A stretch of 60,578 nucleotides of DNA, filler included, from Sphacelaria rigidula (GCA_964200075.2; 5 parts of 5 records of this genome joined end to end with filler, not necessarily neighbours in it), one strand, 5' to 3'. Shown: positions 12,139 through 24,827, counted from the first letter of the whole stretch. Notes: generated by a model not told the origin, from the sequence alone. A program made the numbers and translations.

Positions 12139-13760
12139 TTGTCTTTTGGGGTTTTGTTTTGCTTTTCGTTGTTGGAGGCCCTCATTCTCCCCCCCCCCCC
12201 CCCCCCCCCCCTATATCGTAGGATGACTCTCATGGGGAGAGGGAGAATGGCTGGAAGAAATGAATACTCCTTCGGGGCGCGGCATGAACGAGCACATGGC
12301 GGGTTAGATCCCAATTTATGCCTGCCAGCCTAACGACACGCACAAAGTTTCAGCCCATACGTATCAGTAGCTCTGAGCCTATATTCCTTGCTCAGTCATA
12401 CGCACACGATGTTCGTCAAGGATGGAAGTTACCCACTACGCTAGGAACTATCAAGGATCCGCGTCGACGCTGTTACTACTACAGACAGTACGGCTGTTCT
12501 CCCGCCGCGAAGACCGGCTGCTAGATTTCGAACGTACTGCTTTAGTGTGTGTGACGCCTTGGAGTTCACGTTGCGTGCAAAACGTTGCCAACACGAGTTC
12601 TCCCGTTCTTCCCTTTACAGCAAGCAGCTCAAGCATCGTTCCAAATCCTTGGAGATGCACGACATCCGCGGCGGCCCCGGCTACTCTCGCGTGTCTCTGT
12701 CGGTGCAGGGTAATGTGTCTTGCGTGATCGATGTTTTCACTTGACGGGGGTACCAGTCATCGAGCTGCAATTCCAGCCGTCGCTGTTGCAACATGAGGGG
12801 AGGAAATTTCATTGGAAGCATCTCTACAAACGAAAGTGACGGCACTTCTTTTCGACGTTTGGGGTTGTTTTGAGGCCCAAAACGCAACAGTCGACACATT
12901 CATCGGTAACAACAAGTAGTCCTACAGTCGAAAAAAACGAATAAGTATTCGAACGACGGCGACCGAAAGCACTTCGTCTCGCGACGTTTTCGTTCCCACA
13001 GTATAAGAAGCGATCTTACGCGGACAAAAATTGTACACGATATGAAAACAACGCATTTTTCGGAACTGGATGCTGCTGGGCATAGATGTCCCAGCCCTAC
13101 TGCCACAATTCTCGATGCCATCACGTGTGGATGCGTCATGCGCGAATTGAGCCCGTCTCCTCCAATCGATAACTGCTGGCGCCATATTGCACTTATTGCA
13201 CCATTGATACGCTCGTGCGCTTTCTGTGCGCACGCACGTTGGTTTCCTCGCTGCCGGGAAAAAGCCACCGGTGGGTTCATTTGCCCTGTTTGCTTTTCAC
13301 TACTCGATCGATGCTGCAGCAGTTTGAATATTCCTACAAATGGCGGGGAAACCGTTTTGTCGGCGATGAATACACCAATACCGGCTTGCCGCACGCATTG
13401 TCTTCTCTGCGGCTGATATTTAATATCTCCTGCGGTGAAAAACAAAACAAAACGAGCAGTTGCTCATTTCTCCCAGTCACGACGACAAAACCGAACAACA
13501 ACTATACATCGGGGAAGCCCGTATGTAAAGTTGAATCTGCGACTTGCAAGCCGCCGCGCGACAAACGCGACGTCACGGACAAGAATATTATATACCGAAG
13601 GAAACATTCATTTTACCGCACGGTTGTTCACACAATTTTTCACGTGAAATCTTTTCCGAGCAGCGTACAACGGGCTCGTACTCGTACACACAGTCACGAA
13701 ACTATATGCACATGACGCCGATCGAGTACATCGCACATGCAATTGCGTGTAGCCATGCCC

Positions 13761-14093
13761 TCACTGCACTCTGTCATTCTTAGTTGCCAAGGCCATCTTG
13801 GCGTAATTCGTGGCCTCGTCAATCTCCTTTTGCAACACCATCCCTAAATATCGATCGAAACTGCTTTTGCATTTGTCCAAGTACATCCGAAGATCCTTCT
13901 CGTCGCTGTCGTAGGCGCCGCTACCTAGACCTTCCGCTTCGGCGCCCTCACGCTCTCGGATGAGGTACGCGATTTCGGCTGTCAATGCCTCCACGTTGTC
14001 GATAACATCATTTCGAAGCAGGTACTGCAGCGTCTGTCTGGTGGACGGAGTTGCGCCGCCCTGTAAGTACTTGTTTTCTCTCTCCGAGCCCGG
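13761..14093 (-). CDS. Exon 3 (terminal) of a plastid/thylakoid-lumen-targeted protein of unknown function
   Basis: Phase-0 CAG acceptor, then PGSERENKYLQGGATPSTRQTLQYLLRNDVIDNVEALTAEIAYL...SFDRYLGMV...RVQ*. Confidence 0.85.
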   Translation of the reverse strand, partial: PGSERENKYLQGGATPSTRQTLQYLLRNDVIDNVEALTAEIAYLIREREGAEAEGLGSGAYDSDEKDLRMYLDKCKSSFDRYLGMVLQKEIDEATNYAKMALATKNDRVQ

Positions 14094-14899
14094 CTGCCGC
14101 AGTATTCGGAGTCGACCGTGTCAAGGGAGCGTGAGAAGGAACGCAGAGAAGGAGAACAGGCGATATGCTATGACCTTCTGGCTATCGATAGTGGCATGGC
14201 TACCCATCACCTGGTCGATGCAGAAAGGTGACACACCACTCGATTCGACACGTGTCACGTTGTCAGAGTTCGGACACTGAAAATGCGCGGAAAATAACGG
14301 GTTGGATATTGTCCATGAGGGCTGGAGTTTTCAGTCTCAAAGATATGCTGGGTGAAAAAGGGCGAGTAGCATGCCGTGCGACCGCTCTACCGAGGCTTTG
14401 CTCATACATACGGAAAGCTAAGGATCGCAGCTATCGCGCAATATACCCCTCACGTGCCGGGAATACATGCTGCGCTTGTGGTGAATGAAGCAGAACGAGT
14501 ATCCCGAAACACGACTCCAGCGCCTGCGAATTAATCTTCGTACTGAATTCAAAACTACATCGCAGAGCAAGTCTTGCCGAAGAAGCCCGGGACACGGCGT
14601 TGTTTTCTTGGTATCCTCCCTTCGAAACTCGGGGCTTCAAGGGAGATACGGACGTACGGAGCATGAAAGCGGCGGAGTTTCGACTCCTGAAACTGCGGGT
14701 CGGCGGGTCAGGTAGTTGCACACGACTTGAGACGATCAAATTTTGTTGGCATCATGAATTCGACAGTGTGGTATTCTGGTCCATGGCGCGAATATGCGTG
14801 AGGGCTTGGGAAGAGGGTCGTGGATCTACCGAAGTTACGGCGATTCTTCCATTGCTGTAATGAAAATTGTTGAGAGATTGCTGAGGAAAACGCTCCAAA

Positions 14900-14995
14900 C
14901 GTGATTCGGGTCGTGAAAGACGTACGTGACTTGCTCGATCCCTGGGGAATCAGTTGAAGTGCGACAATCAACCAACCAACCAGTCAATCAATCAC
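14900..14995 (+). mobile_element. 3' end of a (CAAT)n-tailed retroposon in intron 2
   Basis: CCCTGGGGAATCAGTTGAAGTGCGACAATCAA...TCAATCAATCA. Related ends occur at 28782-28830 (-) and 29000-29040 (+). Confidence 0.6.
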
Positions 14996-15013
14996 CTTGA
15001 CGTCAGAGTTTTC

Positions 15014-15114
15014 GTTGTTTTGGTTGTTGTCTTCACACAAAAAAAACGTCACGATATCTGCGCAGTACTCTGTACTGGGCATCTGATGCGGACGCCTCAC
15101 GTGGTCACATGTTA
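15014..15114 (-). mobile_element. Second (CAA)n-tailed retroposon 3' end
   Basis: Matches 10596-10712. Confidence 0.7.
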
Positions 15115-15916
15115 ACTACTCCAAGCTACCTGTAGGGTAAACGAAAATCATAAAATAAATTCGGACGCAGGAAAAATCCACACAGACGCGATGAAAAGAA
15201 ATAAAAAACGAACAAATATATTTTTTTAATTCTGAAAAAGGAGGGAAATAGTCAACATGTTCTATCGGGTACTTTACATGCGTGCCCGACCCATCCTCAT
15301 CGTTGACTTACCTTGTGGTTTCTTGTGTTGAGCTCAGTGTTTGGCGTAGACCGAGTCCGATTTCTCACGACAGAAAATCTGACAATTTGGCGAAAAGAAA
15401 TATTTCCTCTGAATTCCTTCATATGTTCGTCCAAGATCAATTTCGCTTCGTCGTGCGACCATTCTTCGCCTACATTTGCTGCGTGGTTCTCAGTGTTCAG
15501 GAGGTGAAATCAAATTTCCGCGTCCCTCAGTAGCCGCAAAAGATTTGGTAAAATCCCCGTTTCTTGTTTTTTCTCGTTTTCGTTTTGTCACCGACCGATT
15601 TCATTGTTGCACGGTCATTCTTGCGCTTTTTTGTTGGATGCGTGACAATATGAAGCGAGAAATCGACATATTTTGACTCGACTAGGCATACTGTAAAGCT
15701 GTTCATCTCCTTGCACGCTGTACCTGCCCGCATGTGTCGTTGTGCACAATGTGCAATAGTCCTGGGTGGCGAATACTATTTTGATTCACCTGAAGTGATG
15801 AAAAATGTACAAAAGCAATACATAAGCCCCAGCCGTGTTTAACGGAAGGCTTCACACATCCGATTATATGCAATCAAGGCGCCGTATACAAGGGCAGGGT
15901 GGGAAAATGCACTCAC

Positions 15917-16064
15917 CAAATAGTATATGTTGTCGCTGTAAGCGTTGAAAACGCGCTTGATGTCCTTCTTTTGGAACTCTTGAGACTGCAGTATGGCCAG
16001 ACCCTCTCCGAATCGCTTGGGATCTTTGAGGCTCGCCTCCACGATGTCTAGCCGTAATCGCAGA
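15917..16064 (-). CDS. Exon 2 of the thylakoid-lumen-targeted protein
   Basis: Phase-2 CAG acceptor and GTGAGT donor in phase 0; encodes LRLRLDIVEASLKDPKRFGEGLAILQSQEFQKKDIKRVFNAYSDNIYYL. Confidence 0.85.
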
Positions 16065-16949
16065 CTGTGTGGCATCGGCGAACAACGGTGCGTTGTTAGG
16101 GCAGCCGCAATTACGGCACTGAGCCACAGAGGTGGAACCAAGTGACAAAACACAAAATTATTACGAGGATGGCACCGTACTCTTCCGCCATGTCCTAGGG
16201 CTTTGGCCCGACTATTTGCAGTTCAGTGTATGCAGACCAACACATGGCATTGTCGATCGAGGGCAAATGTGGACTCGAGCAATCATCAACATTGATTAGC
16301 TGGCGCCTTCCGGACTCTCCTCTTCCTAGGCCGGGGCATCAAAATGAAGTGCCCAAAACGAGTCCGATATTCTTCCCTTTTGTTGTCTGTCAGTCCTCAA
16401 AGGTTAAAATGTGTTGAGCCGCCCTATATATTACCCTGCGAAGTACAAAGTGTTGGGGGGGGGCAGCCCTCCGGGGCAATCTCTGGAAGCATTACATGTC
16501 CATCACAATGAACCTGACGCAAACTTCTTCAAGTACATCAACGATGGGAAGGATGGAGTATGTACAGGAAGTCGAGAGCATATTCTAGGTGAGTCGTGTT
16601 ATTACAAGTACTTTGGTACTGCGAAGGAATCCATTTTCGAACTATCAATACAGCACTATATTTGTTGATTGTAGAGTATTGTCAGTACACACAAAACAGG
16701 TGGTGATTCGGGGAGGCGATTCGAACCGTTTGGTCGTTCGTACTTCGTCTCTTGTGAATGCCAACTCAAAGTATTCCCCCCTGACTCCGAGATCCCGGTT
16801 TTTGTTCATCCCAGGCCTCCTACTGCAGGTATGTTTTTTGGGCCAGTTTACCAACGCACAAGCAAAACACATTCGATACCTCACCTGTGCGTGTCTGGCG
16901 TATGACTCGTCATGGGACATTTCAAAAGTGGTTGGAGGATGCTACGTGC

Positions 16950-18498
16950 CCTAGGATATCCTGACTTTTTAGGATATTTGGAGTACCCAGTGCTCCAGGA
17001 CAAGCACGGATACTTTCGAAAATACATGAGGGACCTGGGGCATGCGCCGCCTAAGGGAAATAATCGGTAATTTAGATTACGTACGATATCGATAACAAAA
17101 TACTCAGAATTCTAGAGTACCCGAGGTCGACGACAGTGCTGAGTACAACAGGGTATTCCCCCCGGAATATCTAGTGTAGAAGCCGAAGAACTGAGTACAA
17201 GTGCTGAGACCTTCGGGTACCTCAGCTACTGGTTGTCGAAAAAACTCAATAATCCAGGATACCTCGGCGGTGCCCATCTCCCGAAATACCCGGTGTTGTA
17301 CCCGAAGTACCAAGCATATGTACTGAGAACCCCGGCTATCCAGGGTGCCGACTGCCCCGAATACTGAGTATTCCATACTACCCACGGAATGCAACACCCT
17401 AAAATACTCCATATGCAGGATACATATCCAGTACTGGACAATAATCTGCACTGGGAAGCCAGATAACAATTCGGTGTTCGGAATCTCATTGCCCGCACCA
17501 CAGCAACTTGCCGTGTTGCACTCTGAATTTTGAATGTTTGGCATTAAAAAACGGTATGAAGTAGCCAGGTTGTGCTCCGAATGTTGAATATTAAGCTGTT
17601 CAATTAATTTTCAAGTTACTTTGAGCTTTGTGAATGATGAACGGACGTTTCCGCGGATGAAGGTCACGACGGACATGCAGATACGTGTCGAATGTATGGT
17701 TTGTCAACGAATCGGTCCGTTGAACTTGATTGAAACGACGCTGCTAGGCTTGATCCAATATATGCGAAAGAAGTCGTACGAATCTCGATCAAGCATGCAC
17801 GCGCGGTTGGACACACTCAAATACTCGACCGCTCCCTCCCTCTTTAACAACCACGGATCTACTGGGTACAGAACGACACTCCAGGTACGCAGGGTAGCGA
17901 ATCCTCGTCATACTGAATATTCCATGGTACGCAGGGTGTCGGTCCTCGAAAGTACTGAACACTTTACTTACGCAAGGTATCGACTGGCACAAGTAGTGAA
18001 TACCTCGTGGTGTCCCGGGTACCCGCTCACCGAAAGACCCGGTATGTTCCCTGGGAGACTCACAGTATTTGCTGCGTGATGCGGATACGCAAGGTACTGT
18101 CTGCCGGAAATACTGCGTATTCCAGGGTATGCAGGGTGTAAACTGCTGAAAATATGCTGAATTGCAGGGTACGCGGGTTCTCGACAACCATATATAGTCA
18201 GAATTCTGGTGTACCCAGGGACACACTGCCGAAAATGCTCGCTATCCCAGGGTCCTTCAGGTACCCGGCCTCTAAAGTACCCGGTTAATACCCGTTCAAC
18301 TGGCTACGCATGCTGAGTGATCCGGGTTCCCAGGGTATCGGATACCTCAAACCCAGTCTTCGAGGGTACTCGTGGTAGGGACTATCGAATATGCTGAAGT
18401 GTTCGACAGTACCCAGGGTATGGAGCACCGAAAACACGCAGTATTTCAAAGTACCTAGTATCGATACGCCAAAATAACCGGTTCCGCCCTCTACCCTA
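16950..18498. repeat. Degenerate array of short motifs (GTACCCAGGG / GAGTATT / AATACT) in intron 1, probably subterminal repeats of a DNA transposon
   Basis: Many recurrences of TACCC/GGGTAC-centred units in two blocks (about 16980-17450 and 17810-18480) around a unique core. Termini and TSD were not resolved. Confidence 0.55.
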
Positions 18499-18661
18499 AC
18501 CTACCCGCATTTGGTACGTTTGTATATTTTCGAACCCACCCATTCAGGGAAGAGTTCCTATCGAGATCACATTATGACTACCACTCAACCATGTTCATGC
18601 CTGCCTGCTACCGCAGACAATGGATGCCACTGCAGCCTTGAGGCGACTACCATGTACTCAC

Positions 18662-19185
18662 GTGACAATTGGAATCAATGCCAGAACCGGTTGCAGCGTC
18701 TTACCCCCTTCGGGAGAGGCCAATTCATCCCCACCTAGAAGATTGTCGGCTTCCTCCTGCCTCCATATGCGGTAGGCCTCTTGCGCCTTCTTTACGGGGT
18801 CGACGGCATAGCTCGGTGCTGCAGCGGCCGTCAGTGCTGCCGCCACGCCAGGCAGGACGAGCGCTACTGCTTCACCTCTTGAAACCGGATTGGAGGCTGA
18901 GAATCTCACGTCTTGCACCTGATGATCCGCCCTTTGATTCGAGCTGTCTGTGTTACCAGGAGCCGCTATGAAATTGGGGTGTGTTTTACTCGATGCATCT
19001 TGTCTTCCTCTTGCTGTTATGGACGGGTGTTGCACATGATCATGCGCATGAGATAGTCCGCTGAGCGGGAAGTCGCGACGGTCAATAGCAAAGGGTGATG
19101 TTGCGTGGAATGCCGACACTGCAGAAATCCATGCAAACACACATCGTAGCAACAGTGTGCAGATCACATGAAGTGTCTTGTGCAT
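18662..19185 (-). CDS. Exon 1 of a 334-aa plastid/thylakoid-lumen-targeted protein
   Basis: Signal peptide ending AVSA|FHAT (ASAF-type), S/R-rich transit peptide, and lumen transfer peptide SRGEAVALVLPGVAAALTAAAAPSYA. GTGAGT donor in phase 2; the three exons total 1005 nt in frame. Confidence 0.88.
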
Positions 19186-19871
19186 GCTCCTTGATCACAC
19201 CTCGCGAAGCACGAGTGACGCAGTAGAGGATGATTTGCGCAAGCGGCCGAGGTCTCTGACTGGATCCACATCGACAACAATCATGTTCCATTATCATGGT
19301 TGACTTTAATTATTGTCGCGTGGTACCGTATGCCACCGCAAGCCGTCCCAACGTAGGCGGGCAAGGTTTGCTTGGGACTGCACGACAGGTTGTACAAGGG
19401 AAGTGGTCGAATGCAACCTCTATGGTAGTGGGGGACGAGCTGTACAACGAGTGGCGCTGGTGCTAGAGGATAGGCGGGCAGTGCAGTGCAGCACAGGGCA
19501 GCACCAACATCAGTGTAGGACCGTAACGGTGCAGTGCAGACTGTGCCGATCGACAGTACTTAAGTGTGCTGTCATCCCACAACAAATTAGCGGTAATTCG
19601 CAGGCGAGTCCTCTCTGTAAGCTGCCCCGGCATGGTCGACGTGTCTGAAGCACTCTCTGATGGAAAGGTGACTAGTACACCTAGCAGTGTTGGTAGAAAC
19701 GCGTTATCCGCGCTGTCCTAGGTTCTCAACAGGGTGTGTGTTCGACGTTGTCCTGATTGGTACAACGGATAGTCAGCGCGCACTCGGTATAATTCTCCGC
19801 TGCACACTCTGCAGCGTTGAACCGCAACACGCTCGGTCCAACAGCACCGCACTGTACTGCCATCAGGTACG
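19186..19871. promoter_or_regulatory. Putative bidirectional promoter region
   Basis: 686 bp separate divergent ATGs at 19185 (-) and 19872 (+). No specific motif was identified. Confidence 0.5.
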
Positions 19872-20452
19872 ATGGCTTCTTGGTCAGATGTAGAGGTGAT
19901 CAGCATCGCCGGCGACAGCGACGAACCAGATTCCGAGAGCATCGATGACCCGGCGGAGGAGCAAATTTTCAGTCAGGAGCTGCAAGAGGCGGAAGACGAG
20001 CTACTCACGGAGGATTCGATTTCAGACGGAGAGACCCAAGTTGGACATGATCTCGATTTCCATCCTGACTATAACCCGGTCAACAACGAGGAATCCCAAG
20101 TCGAGACGGAACTAGAGGTGCTCTTGTCACAGCCGCCAGCCCAGGAAGGGGGAGTAAAAGAACGTACCTATGCTCTCAGCCCGCCGAAAAATGGGGTCCA
20201 GGCGGCGCCCTCCGCTGACAATACCGCCGCCGGTGACGGGCTCATCGACCTCACTGGTTCGCTGGATCCTCATGAACACGACTATCACTCCCCGCAAACC
20301 CTGGCCGATGATAGCGCGCCGGTGCTTGGTTTTGAGGAAGAGTACGACGAGCTTCTCGAGTGCGCGGTCGATGATGTTAGCGGTGCGGCTGACTTTCCGT
20401 TCGAGGCTGTTGCCGAGCTGCTACTACGGCATCCTCAGCATTGGTGGTGTCG
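19872..20452 (+). CDS. Exon 1 of a probable SEN1/senataxin-like helicase gene (acidic N-terminus)
   Basis: 193 codons, D/E-rich, with SIM-like VEVISI and LIDLT. It ends HWWC-R at a GTAAGC donor in phase 2. Confidence 0.75.
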
Positions 20453-22733
20453 GTAAGCTGAGCCGCGCCGTCTGTAGGGTACGACTGTTTATATACCCGG
20501 GTATTACACGTACCCGACACGCGGTGTGAAGTTTCTCGCTACAGATGGCACGCGGTGCGCCCCAACGAGAACGCACTTCGAGTACAACCCAACATGCATG
20601 AGAAGGAGTGAATAAATCTTTTGCAGTAGATTCATGACTGCCTTCGGCGAAATTCGACAAACGCCTTTCAAACCACTTAGACCATGGCTTTTGGGGCTCA
20701 AAAGCCCTAAACCGAACCAAAGTCACATTTTGACCCTTCGGCAGCACCTGTTTTTCATCATTATAGAAAACACCCGTACGAATTTTGCCAGCTCGGAGTG
20801 ACTTGCTATACTACGAAGATTTTCGGTGCGCGCAGGTTAAATTGGGGCCGGCGAAAAAAAATATCACTTGCAATTTTGTACGAAGCTTTCTGATTCACGC
20901 AAAAAATATGTACTTTCGTTCTTGACGAAGCCTTGAACAGCAGTACACGTTTTTTTTTTTTGCTTGGCTCCAAGTCAACCTACGCGCACCACTAATCTCG
21001 TCGAAGTGTCTCGGAATCCTCTCAATTAGTAGAGCAAGGAGTTCCGAAGCGGCAGAATCCGCCAGGCCACCTTCGCACCCGAAAAACGGTGCTCCGTGTC
21101 CATCTGATCGAGAGTGCATACCTTGGCCCTTCGGCAGCGGTTTTCGCGTGCAGAGATGGACAAGTGATTCAGGCCACCATGAACTGACTCTACACTCGTG
21201 AGCTTTTACGATTTTTGTACGCTTTTCTTTTTTGACCCAAAGTCACACTGCGCACTCGCAGAGCCGTCAAAGTTTTCTGGGATCCTCTCAGCGAGTCGAG
21301 CAAGTCACTCCGAGGTGACCCTTATCCGCCTGGCCGTGCTGTCACGCGAAAAAAACTGACGGAGGGCGAAAACTGTTCAATTTTGATCGCTTCGTGTTCT
21401 TGGTCAAGTAGAAAGTGGTCTAAAACTCACTCTTTTTTTACTGTAAGTATGCAGTCCATAACTGACTGCAATTAGCTTCCAGATATGCATTTAACAGTCC
21501 GGTACAGTATCGTACTGTCTTTCAAGGAGGAACTTCGAATTTCAGAGGTGGTTGTTTACGAAATAAAATTGTAGTCGTACCGTAGGTATTCATGTACCAG
21601 TGCGGGGTTGCCAACCCTCAGTCCATTCGATGAGGGGCTAGGATGTGGAGGTGCCAGTCCCCCATCTCCTCGTCGTGGGGCGGTGGATAACAGAATTTGA
21701 TGAGTCGGTAGAAGAGATGGACAAAATAAGGCAACGGCGAGACGCAATGAACGCACATGTTGAGTAGGTCGCAGGTTGTTCTCCGTTACTCAGTCAACGT
21801 AAAGGAAGTGAATCGCTGTAAACAAAAAGGGGTGAAGCGAGGCGGTGCTGTGTGTCGATAGCTGTTTTCGAGGTCAGAGGAGGTACACAGACCATTTGCC
21901 GCGGTCAGAAGGGCAAGTTGCGCTACCGGGTGCGAGAGACATTGTCAAAACTGGAGACAAAACAGGCGAACTCTCGAGGGAATGGACCGGACACGTGGTT
22001 TATACTGGGTACCTTCGCATCTTCATGCGTGTAGATTCTGATACTGTTGAATCCATGATCGCATGACGTCGAAAACTTCTTGATGTATCTGGCTTCTTGC
22101 ATGCAATACGATGGGGTCAGGAGATGGCATCTCTTCGTGGCCCACTGGCGATCACTAGTGATTGCGTGAGGGACCTGTACGTCTCTGCCTTCTTCTATCT
22201 GTCACTGTGGGCTGTACGCACCACGGTCGTGTGTCAAATGCGTCGAAATACAACACCCGTCAGCAGATTCCCCGATGTATGTACTATTTGCACGCATCTG
22301 TCTTTCGAAAGAGTAAAACCACCTACCTGCTTCTTGAATTCCTCTTTTGTTTTTTCTCATACAGTGAAGATGTCGCTGCAGAGAACGCTGGGTATAGTCA
22401 TCGTATCACGAACTGGGCGTATTGGTTGGACCAGTACATGTGTTGCAGACCGAAAAAATTCCCGCCGTACGCAACGACGTCAAATTTCATCTGTCCAACA
22501 TGCACAAGAACATTCATCGTGACTCACAGCTTCGATTAGTACCGCTGGTGCAGATTCATTGAACATGGAGTACGGGTCTCGGGGGCGACAGCCATCACCG
22601 CCTGAACAAGGGCTCACGTGCTTCTCCGTCCGATCCAACGAGTAACATCAACGATCCCTGTCCTGCACAAGCCATTCATGGCTGTGTTCATCCTTTCACA
22701 TTCTATTCCTCTCCTCCCTGTCGAATTTTGCAG

Positions 22734-22842
22734 GTACACCGAGGCGATGAGTGATATGCTGCTCTCTGTTGACCGCGGTTCTGAAGGGGGCTACGCTGCC
22801 AGGTCTGACACTCTTTACTGCCTCCTACGGGCATTGTTAACG
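22734..22842 (+). CDS. Exon 2 of the SEN1-like gene
   Basis: Long pyrimidine tract plus TGCAG acceptor, phase 2 to 0; encodes YTEAMSDMLLSVDRGSEGGYAARSDTLYCLLRALLT. Confidence 0.6.
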
Positions 22843-23573
22843 GTACTTTCCCTTCCGGATTGTTGTGAATTTTTCAGTAAAATTGGCAATTTGTTTCCGA
22901 TTTCTTCAAAAGTAAAAGTATTTTGGAAGACGAAGAAACCTGACTCTTTATTTTTGGAGTAATCTGCAGTCAATCTTGAATGTACTTATTGACTCGCCTG
23001 GTTGAGAAATCTGCTCTCACATTTTTCGAAGGGAGTTTTTTTTTTCTTCGAAAAAGCGGGAGATTTCGTCTGAAAAAAATATCCCGTCAAAAGCACCCCT
23101 CAGTTTGTGTTTGTTCTCTTGGATGGTGGTCATTGTTGTGTCTCTACTGTAGAATCTCCCTCGCACAGAGGTTCTGCTACCATTCTTGCAGTGGGTGCAC
23201 TCTTGGAGTGATTCGAAGCACGCTGGCAGCGAACTGCTCGTCAGGGATGTCTCTTTTCCTCACCTATCCCTGCAATATCATGTTTGTGCGTTAGATCTAC
23301 ATCTGCCCTTCCATTGGCTGCACCTATGCAGGTGGCGGTCGTTTCTTGTCGGACGCTTGGTGGACATGGCTTCAATAACTGTTGAGCAAACGCAGCCGAC
23401 GCTCCTCCACCATGTTGGTCAAAAACCGCAGCTGGGTGATGGGCGCTGATGAAAGTCATTGTGTGGTGTTTACGGCTACTCATTTTTTTGTCTCGTGGCC
23501 CTTGCTCCTCGCCGCTGCTGTTTCTTTATTGGGTAACAGTGGGGCCGCGACCGCCATTTCCCTCGTGTGGCAG

Positions 23574-23680
23574 GAGGTAGATGCTCAGCTGGGTACCTGC
23601 CGACGCTGCCTCAAAGTATATCATGCCACGAAGGAAAAATTACGCTCTGGGCTATTGCTCGACGAGTCCGACGATATGCG
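23574..23680 (+). CDS. Exon 3 of the SEN1-like gene (gene continues past the contig end)
   Basis: EVDAQLGTCRRCLKVYHATKEKLRSGLLLDESDDM with a GTGAGA donor. LxxCxxCxxxYH downstream of HWxC is the SEN1 N-terminal pattern. Confidence 0.65.
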
Positions 23681-24174
23681 GTGAGACCGAAAACGCCTCT
23701 GCGACGCGCAAAATATCATCGTAGCTTGGAAATCACGAGATACCCCCGCGAAGCCACCCTATATTATTTTTGTGCTTACCGGCGTGCGGAAGAAGTATAG
23801 AGGAAAAACATTCGTTGCCGGCGCCACAACGCCACGGTATCGTTGAAGCGTAGTACTGCGCGGCACTGGTCAGGACGCTGACTGTATGTACGAGCTGGGG
23901 GTCTGCAGGCCAGTTCGCAATTTAATACTCAGAGTTGGACCCTAGAATTCGGTACGGACAATCGACAGAGAATACAAGCTGGGCCGGCCAAGACGCTGTC
24001 AATCCGTCAGACGGCCATAACTCTGCTTCTGCTACGTTGTAGGTCAATCCGAAACCACCGCTGAAATCGGGGAAGTCACACCTAGAAGCTACAGCTCTCC
24101 AAATCCTGCATAGAGCACGTTCTGCACTTGAAGAGTCATCGGCCAATCACAGCGCGTCATAGCGCGGCTCGATT

Positions 24175-24274
24175 NNNNNNNNNNNNNNNNNNNNNNNNNN
24201 NNNNNNNNNNNNNNNNNNTTAATTAATTAANNNNNNNNNNNNNNNNNNNNNNNNNNNNNNNNNNNNNNNNNNNN
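24175..24274. other. Artificial contig linker
   Basis: N44 + TTAATTAATTAA + N44. Confidence 0.98.
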
Positions 24275-24330
24275 CTGCTGGTGGTGAGGTGGGGGGGTTG
24301 TTGGGGGTGCGTTTTTGTTTGTGGCTGGCC

Positions 24331-24528
24331 GTACTCTTTTGTTGCTTGCTTCAGTCGTTTGACCATTGACCACGCATCCCTTTCGAGACGGAGCACGCAC
24401 AGAGGGGGGGGGCGGCGTATTAATTAGTTGCTTGCCTTAGTCGCTTGACAACCACTGCCACGCATCCCTTTCGAGACAGAGCACCGTGCCTACCCCGAAT
24501 AGAGACATCTCCAACATTTGGGCGCCCA
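24331..24528 (-). mobile_element. Two tandem copies of the poly(C)-tailed repeat, subfamily 2
   Basis: GTTGCTTGCYTYAGTCGYTTGAC...CCACGCATCCCTTTCGAGAC occurs twice; the second copy is headed by a G-run at 24404-24412. Confidence 0.75.
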
Positions 24529-24827
24529 TTACGTTCCTTCCATGCATCACGTAAAACCTTATACATATCTCATCATCCCCTTCCTTTCGCCGTCTGTGGC
24601 GACCATCCATCTCCCAGTTTAACGATCAATTTCTCGCTACTGTCTAATGTATCAAACAATTCACGCCACCTTCGTTTTACTTTTCACATTTTCCCCTGCA
24701 ACACGTCCCGTTCCTCCGTTTGGACCAGACAGAGGGATGGGGGGAGGGAGGCGGGCGCAGGGGCGAGTCCAGCTGTGAAAACACGTGACCGGGTGTCAGA
24801 TCTTCCACATTTTTTTATTAAATTACA

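Noticed and set aside
16411..16668. Nested plus-strand exon in intron 1 of the thylakoid gene
   Set aside because: It has a good donor at 16589, but no recognisable product or supported partner exons.
21862..22520. Extra exons of the SEN1-like gene at 21862 and 22344
   Set aside because: The acceptors are phase-compatible, but donors are unclear and inclusion would break the HWxC to CxxC spacing.
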